Of a stretch of DNA of 64,000 nt, positions 10,702 through 20,317 are shown piece by piece. The stretch comes from an uncultured Gammaproteobacteria bacterium (GTDB taxonomy: Bacteria; Patescibacteriota; Microgenomatia; UBA8517; JACQJR01), in NCBI GenBank assembly GCA_964442455.1, contig CAYTZB010000001.1, forward strand, positions 21,910-85,909. The letters run 5' to 3'. The position numbers were made by a program, and so were the translations under genes. The number at the start of each line of letters is the position of its first letter. Position 1 is the first letter of the stretch. The notes under the pieces were generated by a model. That model did no database searches. It was not told the origin of the DNA and was given only the letters and a program-made list of their open reading frames with translations.

Positions 10702-11840
10702 TGGAAGAAAAATTTAATCATGGCTTTACTGACAATCCCTACAATGAGCACGCTTGGATTTTAGGAAACCCTGAAATTGGCGAGCGGGTTTGGATTGGCG
10801 CATTTTGTTTAATTGACGCCGCCAATGCCCCATTAAAGATTGGCAAAGGTACAGATATTTCAAGCGGTGCTCAAATCTTAACTCACTCGACAGTTAAAAG
10901 AGCTATATCAGAAAGACGTTATGGGGAAGTAGATAGTGCTGCAGTAGAAATTGGTGACTTTTGTTTTATCGGCACTAATGCTGTTGTTTTAATGGGGACA
11001 AAAATAGGCCACCATAGTGTTGTCGCAGCTGGGTCAGTTATTCCTCAATTTATGAAAGTTCCTCCATACTCAATAGTAGCTGGAGTTCCCGGCAAGATTA
11101 TCGGTTCAAGTAAAAAATTTTTGAAAGGTGTAGAGCCAGAATCTTTGTCAGTTGTTATTCCTGCATACAATGAGGCCCGAACGATAGAAGATGTAGTGAG
11201 AAATGCAATAGAGGTTCTAAAAAAAATAAGAATTGATTATGAGATAGTTTTGGTTAACGATGGTTCAACTGATCAAACAGGGAAAATCGTTGACGGTCTT
11301 GCAAGGAAAAATAAATTTATTCGCATTGTACATCATAAACAAAACAAAGGATTTACGGGAGCAATGAAAAGCGCCTTTTCCAGCGCTAAAAAACACCTGA
11401 TATTTTTAGCTCCCGCTGATGGTCAATTTGATTTTTCTGAACTCCCCAAGTTCTTAAGCGCAGTAAAAGGGTATGATGCGGCAACGGCGTACATTACTAA
11501 AAATAAAGAATCAACTTATAAAAGAGTAACTAGAGGTATCTTTCACCTGCCATTTCAATTTTTATGCCGCTATCTTTTAGGGATTAGTCTTAAAGAATTT
11601 TCTTCTGTGTCTTTGTGGAGAAGGATAGTTTTTCAATCAATTGAAATAAGTTCTGAGGACAGAAGTGCGATGTTTTTGCCAGAACTGATAAGTAAGGCAC
11701 TGAAGAAGAGATATAAATTTACGGAAGTTCCAATCAGATGGTATAGACGCAAAGGTGGTAAGGCAAAAGGCACAAGTGTAGTAGTTGCCATAAAGACTTT
11801 TTTTGCAATGGTTAAGTTATGGTTTAAATTAAGGGATTAA
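10698..11840 (+). CDS. Fusion of LbH acyltransferase and GT2 glycosyltransferase
   Basis: N-terminal hexapeptide repeats ending VAGVPGKII; C-terminal SVVIPAYNE, VNDGSTD, PADGQF; no stop between them. Start is TTG 10698 or ATG 10701. Confidence 0.8.
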   Translation: MMEEKFNHGFTDNPYNEHAWILGNPEIGERVWIGAFCLIDAANAPLKIGKGTDISSGAQILTHSTVKRAISERRYGEVDSAAVEIGDFCFIGTNAVVLMGTKIGHHSVVAAGSVIPQFMKVPPYSIVAGVPGKIIGSSKKFLKGVEPESLSVVIPAYNEARTIEDVVRNAIEVLKKIRIDYEIVLVNDGSTDQTGKIVDGLARKNKFIRIVHHKQNKGFTGAMKSAFSSAKKHLIFLAPADGQFDFSELPKFLSAVKGYDAATAYITKNKESTYKRVTRGIFHLPFQFLCRYLLGISLKEFSSVSLWRRIVFQSIEISSEDRSAMFLPELISKALKKRYKFTEVPIRWYRRKGGKAKGTSVVVAIKTFFAMVKLWFKLRD

Positions 11841-11866
11841 CTTTTGTGGAGGTAGCTCCTTAATTA

Positions 11867-13372
11867 ATGAATTCTATAAAAATAGATCTTTTTCTCATAA
11901 GTCTTGTTCTATTGCTAACTTTTTTTACCTGGAGACATATTCTCTCTTTGCAATTCACAGGGGAAAGTTGGGGTTTTATTGGCACAATTCCACCTAAGGG
12001 AAATTTGTTTGAAATAGTTTATCAGGAAGTTGCATCACTGGACGAGTTTACTATTGACAGGATACTCTCTGGAATTCTAATCCCTAAATTCGGTGACCAA
12101 ATTCATTTATATATGTGGTTTCAGCTTGTTTATATGCTTTTTATTGATTTATTATTATATTTCATAGTTAAGCAAATGACAGGTAGTAAATTGGCAGGAT
12201 TTCTCACTGCCTTTCTTTTTGGCAGTAGCTTTATAGCTAATTTTGAGACCTATTCAGGAGGAGGATATTTGTATTTTGCTGGAAGGGCAACTCTAGCTGT
12301 ACCAGCACTCATAGCTGTATATTTTTTATACTTATATCTTACGAAAAAATTTAAGCTTTATTTTTACTTCATTTCCCTTACTCTTTATGCATTTACACTA
12401 ATGATGAGTTTTTTTGGCACTTATTTTGTACCAATACTTATTACTTATCCAATTGTTTATCTTCTTTTTGGCTTAAGGGAGATAAGGCAAATTTTCTGGA
12501 AATTAATATTGTTACCCATCCCTTACATAATAATTACCCTGTATATAATTAGAGGGTCGCTTGCTTTTACTAACGAGTCTATCTTTGATTTTGTATTCGA
12601 AAAATTTTCTTATACCCTTACTGGAATTCTTCAACAACTAACTGTTCTTACTTTTCCGATGGGCGAATTGTTTTTAATCAATGATAAATTTTCTATTGAA
12701 TATTTTGGAATTTTGGTTATAACGGTATTAATCTATTGCTATGCTTTTTTCGCCAACTCAAAAATAAACACCCAGTGGAAAGTTCTTCAGATGACGGCAT
12801 TGCTAAGTGCCATAGGAATGCTTTTCTTTAATGTATATTTACAAGCTGCAGAAACACTAAATACATTTGGATCAACCAGGTACTTCTATTTTCCTTCTAT
12901 AATGGTGGCAATTTTTTTTGGTATTTTTTTAACTGGTATTCTTACCAAAGGAAGGAAATTATTGAATTTGCATCTAATAATTATTATTCTTGTTTGGTTT
13001 AGCTATAATAATGTTCATATTCAAAGACGATTGAAAACAGAAGAATGGGTACATAATGCAAACAAGCAAACCCTGGAAATATTGCGTTCTTGGGCGCCGG
13101 AAACGAAGAAAAATCCCTCTTATCTCTATTTACCTGCCACATTGGGTGGATACGGAGGTCAATTTGTCATTCAATTTTTCAGTCATCCGCAGGGAAAAGT
13201 AGATGTTGAAGGCCTTGAGTCTCTTGATCTAGATAAAGTGTCAAAATTGGGATTTTCTCCTAATAATCTTTTTGTAATGCATTTTGATCCTTTGTCAAGA
13301 AATGTTTATGATATAACAGAACAAACGAGAGCCATGTTTGCCCAAGAAAAAAGAAGAGATAAGAAATTTTGA
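11867..13372 (+). CDS. Polytopic membrane protein, GT-C-like
   Basis: About 10 TM segments, acidic residue after TM1 (FTGESW), RYFYFPS motif shared with other GT-C-like ORFs in the window. Confidence 0.6.
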   Translation: MNSIKIDLFLISLVLLLTFFTWRHILSLQFTGESWGFIGTIPPKGNLFEIVYQEVASLDEFTIDRILSGILIPKFGDQIHLYMWFQLVYMLFIDLLLYFIVKQMTGSKLAGFLTAFLFGSSFIANFETYSGGGYLYFAGRATLAVPALIAVYFLYLYLTKKFKLYFYFISLTLYAFTLMMSFFGTYFVPILITYPIVYLLFGLREIRQIFWKLILLPIPYIIITLYIIRGSLAFTNESIFDFVFEKFSYTLTGILQQLTVLTFPMGELFLINDKFSIEYFGILVITVLIYCYAFFANSKINTQWKVLQMTALLSAIGMLFFNVYLQAAETLNTFGSTRYFYFPSIMVAIFFGIFLTGILTKGRKLLNLHLIIIILVWFSYNNVHIQRRLKTEEWVHNANKQTLEILRSWAPETKKNPSYLYLPATLGGYGGQFVIQFFSHPQGKVDVEGLESLDLDKVSKLGFSPNNLFVMHFDPLSRNVYDITEQTRAMFAQEKRRDKKF

Positions 13373-13418
13373 TTTCTGTTGCTGGAAAGTTTAGTGCTAT
13401 ATTAAGCATGTACTATTA

Positions 13419-15245
13419 ATGAAGCATTTAGGAAAATTTTTTAATAAGTATAGTTACAAGTTAGTTTGGTTGGTGGTAATTTCCTCAATTTTATTTAATT
13501 TAGGTGCTACTTCATACGAGCTTTCAACGAAGGCAAACTTAATAGATCACTATTTTTATGGCATATTTCTCAGTCCTTTTGACAGTATTCGCTATGGACA
13601 TTTTATTGCCAGAAAACTTTTTCTTGTTGTAATCGCTTTATCAGTTTTTATCTACTGGCTAAAAAAACAAAAAAATGTTCTGCAAAATGCAAGAAAAAAC
13701 TTAAAATATATACTCGCTATTGGTCTTACTCTTTTCTTTTCGAGGATATTAACTTATGGCTTTTGGTTCTATAACGATGACCTGCGTTTTTTTCATTGGC
13801 ATCTTTTTTGCCCATCTCAGCCAATTTGTAACATACAAGGAATGTGGGGGCCAGTTGGTTCACATCCAATAGCTATACTAAATCTGGTTTTACCGTGGTT
13901 TGGAACAAACTATACCCTGTATAATAGCCTTGGCCTGTTTTTTTACTTTTTAGCAGGAGTAGCAATTTTTGCACTAATTAGCAAACTGCAAAAAAGCAAA
14001 TTTATTTCCCTTATTGCCGCAATATTTTTTCTGACAACCCCAACCTACTTTCAGGGGAGACTCCTTATAGGAGAAGTTATAAACAGTCCATTTATCGTAC
14101 TTTTAGTAGTGCTTTCCTTTTATATGCTTTTTCAGAAATTTATTCCAGGTGCGCTAATTTTTGCAGCAGCAGCTCTGGAATATGGAGTAGCTAAATCATA
14201 CTTTATTGCTTTGCCACTTACTCTTTTTGCATTATTTTTTGCTAACTCAAATCCTACAGGTAAAAAATTCATTGATCAAAAGAAAAGTATAATTTTTTTT
14301 GTTGTTGCAATTTGTTTAATTTCATTTGTTTATATGCCTATTTTTGATCGAGCGCCCGGGGGACATACCCAATTGAGTGAAATATTTGCCCTAGACCAAT
14401 TGTTTGTTTTTGGAGATGTACTTCTGGCAGTAACTTTGCCTTATGGCTTTTCGTATCCTCTTGTTCATTTATTAAGTTTGACTTTGAACAATTGGAAATA
14501 TATTACTATTGCGCTTGGATTTATAATTGTTGCGGTTTTTGCTGTTGCGAGTCTTATTTCTATACTTTCAAAAAAAATCTTTAGCGCAAAGATGTTAATA
14601 ATAGGTCTATCTATTATTCTTCCTACTGCAGCGGTAGCCTCTTTTATGGGAGTAAGAGTTGAACATAATGTAGCTAGACTTGTTGAATATCACAAAAACA
14701 GTTTAGGACCGCTTGGCGCAACAGGATATGGTATTTTTCCTGCCTTAGGTCTAGTTTTTGTATTAATGGGCTTGGCACATTTAGTTAGCAAAAGAACATT
14801 TAAAGTATCAGCTATAATTTTAATTTTTATAAACATAGTTACGTCTTTTTCGTTCGATTATAGATGGCTTATGTCTCCTTATTCTTACCCTCAGCGAAAA
14901 TATGACGAGCAGCTCCAAAAAATTCTTCCCAGGGACGGTATTAACAGATATATATTTGTTCCCGGAAGTCAGCGCCCATTATATGAAGGCGTTAGAACTT
15001 TCGGTTCTGTCTTTCAGGGAGACCAGGGTGTATATACCTTTATGGGTAAAGAAGATTTTGTCCAAGCTATCAAAGAGGATAAAGTAAGGCCAGACCATAT
15101 TTATTTTTTGATAACAAACGGGAAACCCAAATATGATATTTATGATTATTCGGAAAAGATAAGGTCAACTCCCTATAACCGACTTATTCCTCTTATCGAG
15201 TCATTAACAATAGAATTGACACCTAAAAATGTAGAATTTTGGTAG
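13419..15245 (+). CDS. Polytopic membrane protein, GT-C-like
   Basis: FWFYNDDL acidic loop, many TM segments, soluble C-terminal tail. Confidence 0.6.
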   Translation: MKHLGKFFNKYSYKLVWLVVISSILFNLGATSYELSTKANLIDHYFYGIFLSPFDSIRYGHFIARKLFLVVIALSVFIYWLKKQKNVLQNARKNLKYILAIGLTLFFSRILTYGFWFYNDDLRFFHWHLFCPSQPICNIQGMWGPVGSHPIAILNLVLPWFGTNYTLYNSLGLFFYFLAGVAIFALISKLQKSKFISLIAAIFFLTTPTYFQGRLLIGEVINSPFIVLLVVLSFYMLFQKFIPGALIFAAAALEYGVAKSYFIALPLTLFALFFANSNPTGKKFIDQKKSIIFFVVAICLISFVYMPIFDRAPGGHTQLSEIFALDQLFVFGDVLLAVTLPYGFSYPLVHLLSLTLNNWKYITIALGFIIVAVFAVASLISILSKKIFSAKMLIIGLSIILPTAAVASFMGVRVEHNVARLVEYHKNSLGPLGATGYGIFPALGLVFVLMGLAHLVSKRTFKVSAIILIFINIVTSFSFDYRWLMSPYSYPQRKYDEQLQKILPRDGINRYIFVPGSQRPLYEGVRTFGSVFQGDQGVYTFMGKEDFVQAIKEDKVRPDHIYFLITNGKPKYDIYDYSEKIRSTPYNRLIPLIESLTIELTPKNVEFW

Positions 15246-15260
15246 AATTTTGATTGAATT

Positions 15261-16214
15261 ATGACTAGTAACTATCTAGTAACTGGGGGAGCGGGTTTCA
15301 TCGGCAGTTTCGTAGTGGAGGAGCTTCTTGCCCGTGGTAAAAATGTGACGGTGTTGGACAACTTCAGTTCTGGTTCAAAAGAGAACCTTACCCAGGTCCA
15401 GAAGATTGTCCAGGGCCGTCTTCGAGTCCTGAAGGGCGACATCCGTAAACTGTCGGATCTTGAGAAGGTTTGTCGTGGTATCTCGGTAGTCTATCACATG
15501 GCTGTTCAACCGCTGACATTGGGACTGGAGGACCCCCTTATAATGAACGAGGTGAATAGCACTGGTACTCTCAATACTCTTCATGCTGCCCACCTTGCGG
15601 GTATTCAACGTTTTAACTATATTTCCTCTTCAGAGGTTTATGGAACAGCGCAGTATGTACCTATGGACGAGAATCATCCGCGCGTACCCCTAACCGTGTA
15701 CGCGGCCTCAAAACTTGCTGGCGAAGCGTATGTGCAAGGGTATTACAACACCTACGGTCTAACTTACACTATAATTCGCCCTTTCAACTCATATGGCCCA
15801 CGTCACCGGGACGATGGCTATTGCGCAGTATTATTTCGCTTCTTGCAATGTGTAATCAAAAACGAACCACCCCAAATTTACGGGGATGGTAAGCAGACGC
15901 GCGATATGTCTTATGTTGAGGATACCGCGCGAGGCATCGTACTCGCGGGAGAGTCTCCAAGAGTGATAAATGATGTGGTGAATATCGGTACTGGCCGGGA
16001 GGTGCAAGTTAACGAAGTGGCACAAGCAGTGCTCGAAATACTTGGCTCGAAACTCAAGCCCAGAAAGGTGGCACCCCGGCCAGGGGACGTGCGTAGACAC
16101 CTGGCTGGGATAGCAAAGGCTCAGTATTTACTCGGGTATAAGCCACGCTTCACATTCGCTGAGGGCGTACTTAAGACTATTGAATGGTATTTACAGAAAC
16201 ACTCCAAGAGGTGA
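15261..16214 (+). CDS. NAD-dependent nucleotide-sugar epimerase/dehydratase (extended SDR)
   Basis: GGAGFIG, SSSEVYG, YAASK, RPFNSYGP, GDGKQTRD, RPGDV. Confidence 0.9.
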   Translation: MTSNYLVTGGAGFIGSFVVEELLARGKNVTVLDNFSSGSKENLTQVQKIVQGRLRVLKGDIRKLSDLEKVCRGISVVYHMAVQPLTLGLEDPLIMNEVNSTGTLNTLHAAHLAGIQRFNYISSSEVYGTAQYVPMDENHPRVPLTVYAASKLAGEAYVQGYYNTYGLTYTIIRPFNSYGPRHRDDGYCAVLFRFLQCVIKNEPPQIYGDGKQTRDMSYVEDTARGIVLAGESPRVINDVVNIGTGREVQVNEVAQAVLEILGSKLKPRKVAPRPGDVRRHLAGIAKAQYLLGYKPRFTFAEGVLKTIEWYLQKHSKR

Positions 16215-16263
16215 CTTCCAAAAGTTCTGGTAGAAATATCCGGTTTACATTAATGATTAAACT

Positions 16264-16770
16264 ATGTTAGGATTAAAACTAATGGTTAAGGCAATTGCTT
16301 TTTTTCTTTTATTTTTTTACATAATTTTTAGTTTACCAGGTGTTGTGTTAGCACAGGAATCACAAACTGAAACTAAAACTAAAGTCGAGGTAGACCACGT
16401 TGCGAATGTCATTGAAAAATTTAGAGAGAAAGTTGTTTTATTCTTTAAATTTTCAAAAAATACCAAAGTAGATTATCAACAATACTTGGTTGAAAAAAGA
16501 CTTGCCGAACTAAAATGGGTTGTGGATAGTAAAGAATGGCAACCGGTTGAGGAAACCTCATCTCGCTACTCAACTTATTTAGGAAATTTTACAGATTTTG
16601 TGATTAAAAACAAACTAACAAGTAAAAAAGAAGAAATTTTAAAAATGTACGAGGAACATCAAAAAATTCTCGATACGTTGCAAAGAAATTTCGAATTTGA
16701 ATCAGGGTTTTGGTTACTTTTACAGCATGATATTAATACTGTAAAAATTTTCTCCGAACGGGTTAAATAA
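16264..16770 (+). CDS. Secreted helical protein, DUF5667-like
   Basis: Signal peptide ending VLA-QE; EKVVLFFKFS...KVDY...LVEKRLAE pattern. Start could be 16282. Confidence 0.55.
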   Translation: MLGLKLMVKAIAFFLLFFYIIFSLPGVVLAQESQTETKTKVEVDHVANVIEKFREKVVLFFKFSKNTKVDYQQYLVEKRLAELKWVVDSKEWQPVEETSSRYSTYLGNFTDFVIKNKLTSKKEEILKMYEEHQKILDTLQRNFEFESGFWLLLQHDINTVKIFSERVK

Positions 16771-16783
16771 TTAATTCTTCAGG

Positions 16784-16885
16784 GTGATATACTCATCTTA
16801 CTTGAATTTGCAACTTTTAAGGTATTCGTATATACCCGTTTTCCACAATTTCTAAATGCAAATTAGAGTTAAGCGGGTATATAAT
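16784..16885. repeat. Left copy of a 102-bp inverted repeat (partner 21722-21823) with internal palindrome
   Basis: Gap-free alignment to the reverse complement of 21722-21823: 56/59 identical, then 14 divergent nt, then 25/29 identical. Confidence 0.95.
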
Positions 16886-16919
16886 GGTCAATAAGTAAAA
16901 TAGTTAGTGTTCTAGTAAG

Positions 16920-18197
16920 ATGTTAAATGGCGTTAAAAATCACTTCCCGAAAAATTTCTCTTTTCAACAAGCTCAACTTTTATCAGGCAGTGCGATTATG
17001 ATTTTTGGAAGTTTTGCGACAAGCTTCATTAACTATTTGTATCACTTGATAATGGGGAGAATTTTAGAACCTGCCAATTATGGCATCTTAGCCTCTGTTA
17101 TATCTTTAGTCGGCCTATTGGTTCTGTTGCCTAATTCCATGGGGTTAGTTGTAACAAAATTAATTGCAAAAGCAAAGAACGAAAAAGAAGTTAGCGAAAA
17201 AGTTGCCACCCTTAATAAAAATGTCTTGTGGTTAGGTGTGGTTTCCTTTTCCGCTCTTGTGCTCTTGAGTCCTTTTATAGCGCAATTTATAAAAGTAGAG
17301 AAATTTCTTATAATTATTGGCCTTTTAGTATTTTTACTATCTTTTCCTTTAATGATGTTTCGTGGAACGCTTCAAGGATTGCTCAAATTTAAAGAGATGG
17401 TTATTAGTCAGACTGTAGAAAATCTCTTGCGACTGCTGGTAGCCGTAGTATTAGTGCTGGTGGGTTTTTCCATTGGTGGAGCCCTTTTCGGACTGGTTTT
17501 AGGAGTATTGGTTGGGTTTATCATTGCATGGCTTTTTGTTAAAAGTTTTTTGAGTTTGTCTAAAGGTAGGCAAAAGTTATCAGTCAATATTCTGTCAACC
17601 GTAAACCAAATATTACCCTTTTTTTTACTTTCAATTTCAATAACTTCCCTATATTCTTCAGATCTAATTTTGGTCAAACATTTTTTCGGTTCATTTGAAG
17701 CCGGAATCTATGGAGCTATGTCATTTTTGGGGAGAATAATTTTTTTTGGAGTGAGCCCTATTACGGCTGTTATGTTTCCAATAGTTGCAAAAAATTACTC
17801 CAAGGGCCAAAGCGGATTGGTCACTTTGAAATGGAGTTTATTGGGGGCATTTTTGATAGCTCTCTTTATAAATTCCATTTATGCATTTTTACCAGAGTTG
17901 GTAATTAAGCAGCTTTACGGTGAAAAATATCTTTTGTCAACTAGCCTTTTGGTATTTTTCGGAATTTTTATAACTTTTGTAACTTTGTCGTTTTTGCTAC
18001 TTAATTATGGTTTGGCGCAAGGCCAGTCACGCATCGTCTTGGCGAGTTTTCTGGCAGCATCCTTACAAATAACTTTTATCTGGATTTATCACCCGACATT
18101 ATTTGCCATTATTCTTATTTCAATTATAATTTCATTTGTCCTTTTTTTATATTTAGTTTTTTATACATTCCGCCAAAGTCTTGGACTTAAACAATGA
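16920..18197 (+). CDS. wzx: Wzx/MOP-family oligosaccharide flippase
   Basis: About 12 TM segments; NYLYHLIMGRILEPANYG, DLILVKHFF...EAGIYGA. Confidence 0.8.
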   Translation: MLNGVKNHFPKNFSFQQAQLLSGSAIMIFGSFATSFINYLYHLIMGRILEPANYGILASVISLVGLLVLLPNSMGLVVTKLIAKAKNEKEVSEKVATLNKNVLWLGVVSFSALVLLSPFIAQFIKVEKFLIIIGLLVFLLSFPLMMFRGTLQGLLKFKEMVISQTVENLLRLLVAVVLVLVGFSIGGALFGLVLGVLVGFIIAWLFVKSFLSLSKGRQKLSVNILSTVNQILPFFLLSISITSLYSSDLILVKHFFGSFEAGIYGAMSFLGRIIFFGVSPITAVMFPIVAKNYSKGQSGLVTLKWSLLGAFLIALFINSIYAFLPELVIKQLYGEKYLLSTSLLVFFGIFITFVTLSFLLLNYGLAQGQSRIVLASFLAASLQITFIWIYHPTLFAIILISIIISFVLFLYLVFYTFRQSLGLKQ

Positions 18198-20317
18198 AAT
18201 TTTTTCTGTCTCTTTTTCTAGGAATTTTATTTTTTATTTCTGGTTTCCTTACCTTAGGGAACTATGGAATATCTTGGGATGAACCAACTCATTTTAAAAG
18301 AGGGCAAGGATACCTTTGGTACCTTTTAACTGGGGATAATACTTACCAAAAACTACCACCTTATGATTTATTACGTGCTCAAAACGACTCCAGCTATCAT
18401 GAAAGAAGTATTTACCAAGATGATAAACACAACGCAGCATTTTATAGAACAATAGATGGTACTCATCCGCCCCTTGCCGATATTCTTTCCTCTAGCACAA
18501 ATATGGTTTTTTACCAGAGACTTGGGATTTTGGGAGATATTGAGAGTTATCACCTTTTTGAAATTTTTGTCGCCAGCATTGGAGTAGCTGTCTTGTTTCT
18601 GTTTGTTTATGAGAGTTTTGGGCTCATAGCAGCATTTTTTTCAACTATCATTTTTGCGACTTACCCCCTTTTTTGGGCAGAATCCCATTTTAATATAAAA
18701 GATCCGATTGAGACATCGTGGATTATTTTAACTCTTTACTTTTTATGGAAAGGTATAAAGAGTTCGTCAGCCCGCTTTATATTAATATCTTCGGTTTTTG
18801 CAGGTTTTGCACTTGCAACAAAATTCAATGTAATTTTCCTGCCGCTTATAGTACTGCCATGGTTATTCTTTGTATTTAAAACCCATAAAAAAGAATTTCT
18901 TTCATTTGTTAAAACCCGAAGATTTCTTTTATTGATTTTTCTTTATCCAATAATTGTATTTACAATTTTTTATGTTTCCTATCCATTTTTATGGGATAGC
19001 CCTATTGCTAACATTGGTAAAGTTTTGACATATTATCAAAGGAATGCACTGGACCCCACATTTGCAAATGCAGTGCTACCAAGTTGGCCATTTTATGCCA
19101 TAAGGTGGGTAATATTGACTGCTCCACCCCTAGTATTGTTAGGACTAATATTGAGCTTGGTGTTTCTCAAAAAGAATTTAACTAAATATCATGGCTTTTT
19201 CCTGCTGGTTCTTTTGTGGTTTCTTGTGCCAGTCTTGAGAGTGAGCATACCTGGAGTGAATATTTACGGGGGAGTAAGGCAAATAATGGAATACATTCCG
19301 GCAATAGCCATTCTTGCTGGAGTGGGAATAGGTAAGATGGTTACATGGTTACATGGTTACATGGTTAAGCTGAAGAAGCCATATAACTATTTAGCTATTC
19401 AGCCATTAACGTTATTAGTTATTTTTACATTTTCCATTTATCCCCTTATTAGACTTCACCCCAACGAGAACGTTTATTTTAATTTTCTTATTGGAGGTTT
19501 AAAGGGTGCAGCGGAATCCGGTGTACCAGCGGCAGGAAATTCGTTTGGTAACGCTTATTATCAAGGGGCAATGTGGATTAATGAAAATGCAATCCAGGAT
19601 GCAAAATTGACCCTTATTCAAGGGTCATCGGTTAATATACCTAAATATAAGTTACGCAGTGATATTAACTTATCGGATGACTATTTTAGCGGGATTAATC
19701 GTGATGGAGAATATTTAATGGCATTAACATACAATTATGAGCATAAAGAAAATTTCTATGCATGGGAGTATGTAGAGCGCTTCCTCGAGCCAATTTACGA
19801 GGTAAAAGCAGACAACGTGCCAATACTTAAGATCTGGAAAAATGATTTAGAACACACAAAACCAGAGTATAGATTTGAGGAAAAATCATTTAACGGAAAA
19901 ATAGTTACGGAACAAAAAAACCAAATGATTATGTTTAAAACAGAAAAAGAAGTTCTATTATCTCGACTCATTCTTTCATATGAGCCTGTAAATGGGTGTT
20001 CGCTACCCCGCGCATCGGTCATTGATACGTCTTTGGATGGGCAAACTTGGTTCAGAGAAAAAGATCCATTAGCGTTTTCTCAAGTAGGCAAAAAAAGCAG
20101 CTCTTTTAAGCCTGCCTGGGCAGATTTCTCATCTGAATCTTTATATAGCTCCGTGGTAAATGGAAATATGATACAGAGGAGCGAAACTGTATTTTACTTC
20201 GCAGCCAGAAAAGCAAAGTTCATCCGTCTTAATTTAGATAATGAGCAATCATGTATTTTACATAACCCCCTTGCTATGATTGAGCATCTAGTTCCACACA
20301 CAGGAAATGAAGATTAG
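18194..20317 (+). CDS. GT-C (PMT/ArnT-like) glycosyltransferase with degenerate discoidin-like C-terminus
   Basis: GISWDEP, HPPL, NIKDP, ALATKFN; C-terminal TSLDGQTW...KAKFIRL. Confidence 0.75.
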   Translation: MKFFLSLFLGILFFISGFLTLGNYGISWDEPTHFKRGQGYLWYLLTGDNTYQKLPPYDLLRAQNDSSYHERSIYQDDKHNAAFYRTIDGTHPPLADILSSSTNMVFYQRLGILGDIESYHLFEIFVASIGVAVLFLFVYESFGLIAAFFSTIIFATYPLFWAESHFNIKDPIETSWIILTLYFLWKGIKSSSARFILISSVFAGFALATKFNVIFLPLIVLPWLFFVFKTHKKEFLSFVKTRRFLLLIFLYPIIVFTIFYVSYPFLWDSPIANIGKVLTYYQRNALDPTFANAVLPSWPFYAIRWVILTAPPLVLLGLILSLVFLKKNLTKYHGFFLLVLLWFLVPVLRVSIPGVNIYGGVRQIMEYIPAIAILAGVGIGKMVTWLHGYMVKLKKPYNYLAIQPLTLLVIFTFSIYPLIRLHPNENVYFNFLIGGLKGAAESGVPAAGNSFGNAYYQGAMWINENAIQDAKLTLIQGSSVNIPKYKLRSDINLSDDYFSGINRDGEYLMALTYNYEHKENFYAWEYVERFLEPIYEVKADNVPILKIWKNDLEHTKPEYRFEEKSFNGKIVTEQKNQMIMFKTEKEVLLSRLILSYEPVNGCSLPRASVIDTSLDGQTWFREKDPLAFSQVGKKSSSFKPAWADFSSESLYSSVVNGNMIQRSETVFYFAARKAKFIRLNLDNEQSCILHNPLAMIEHLVPHTGNED
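19337..19407. repeat. Intragenic octamer array (ATGGTTAC)x3.9 followed by complementary-type AGCCAT/AACTAT units
   Basis: atggttac atggttac atggttac atggtta...agccatat aactattt agctattc agccatt. Confidence 0.85.

Noticed and set aside
20109-20124. Small hairpin CTGCC-TG-GGCAG in a GT-C tail
   Set aside because: A 5-bp stem is too short to distinguish from chance without an ortholog alignment
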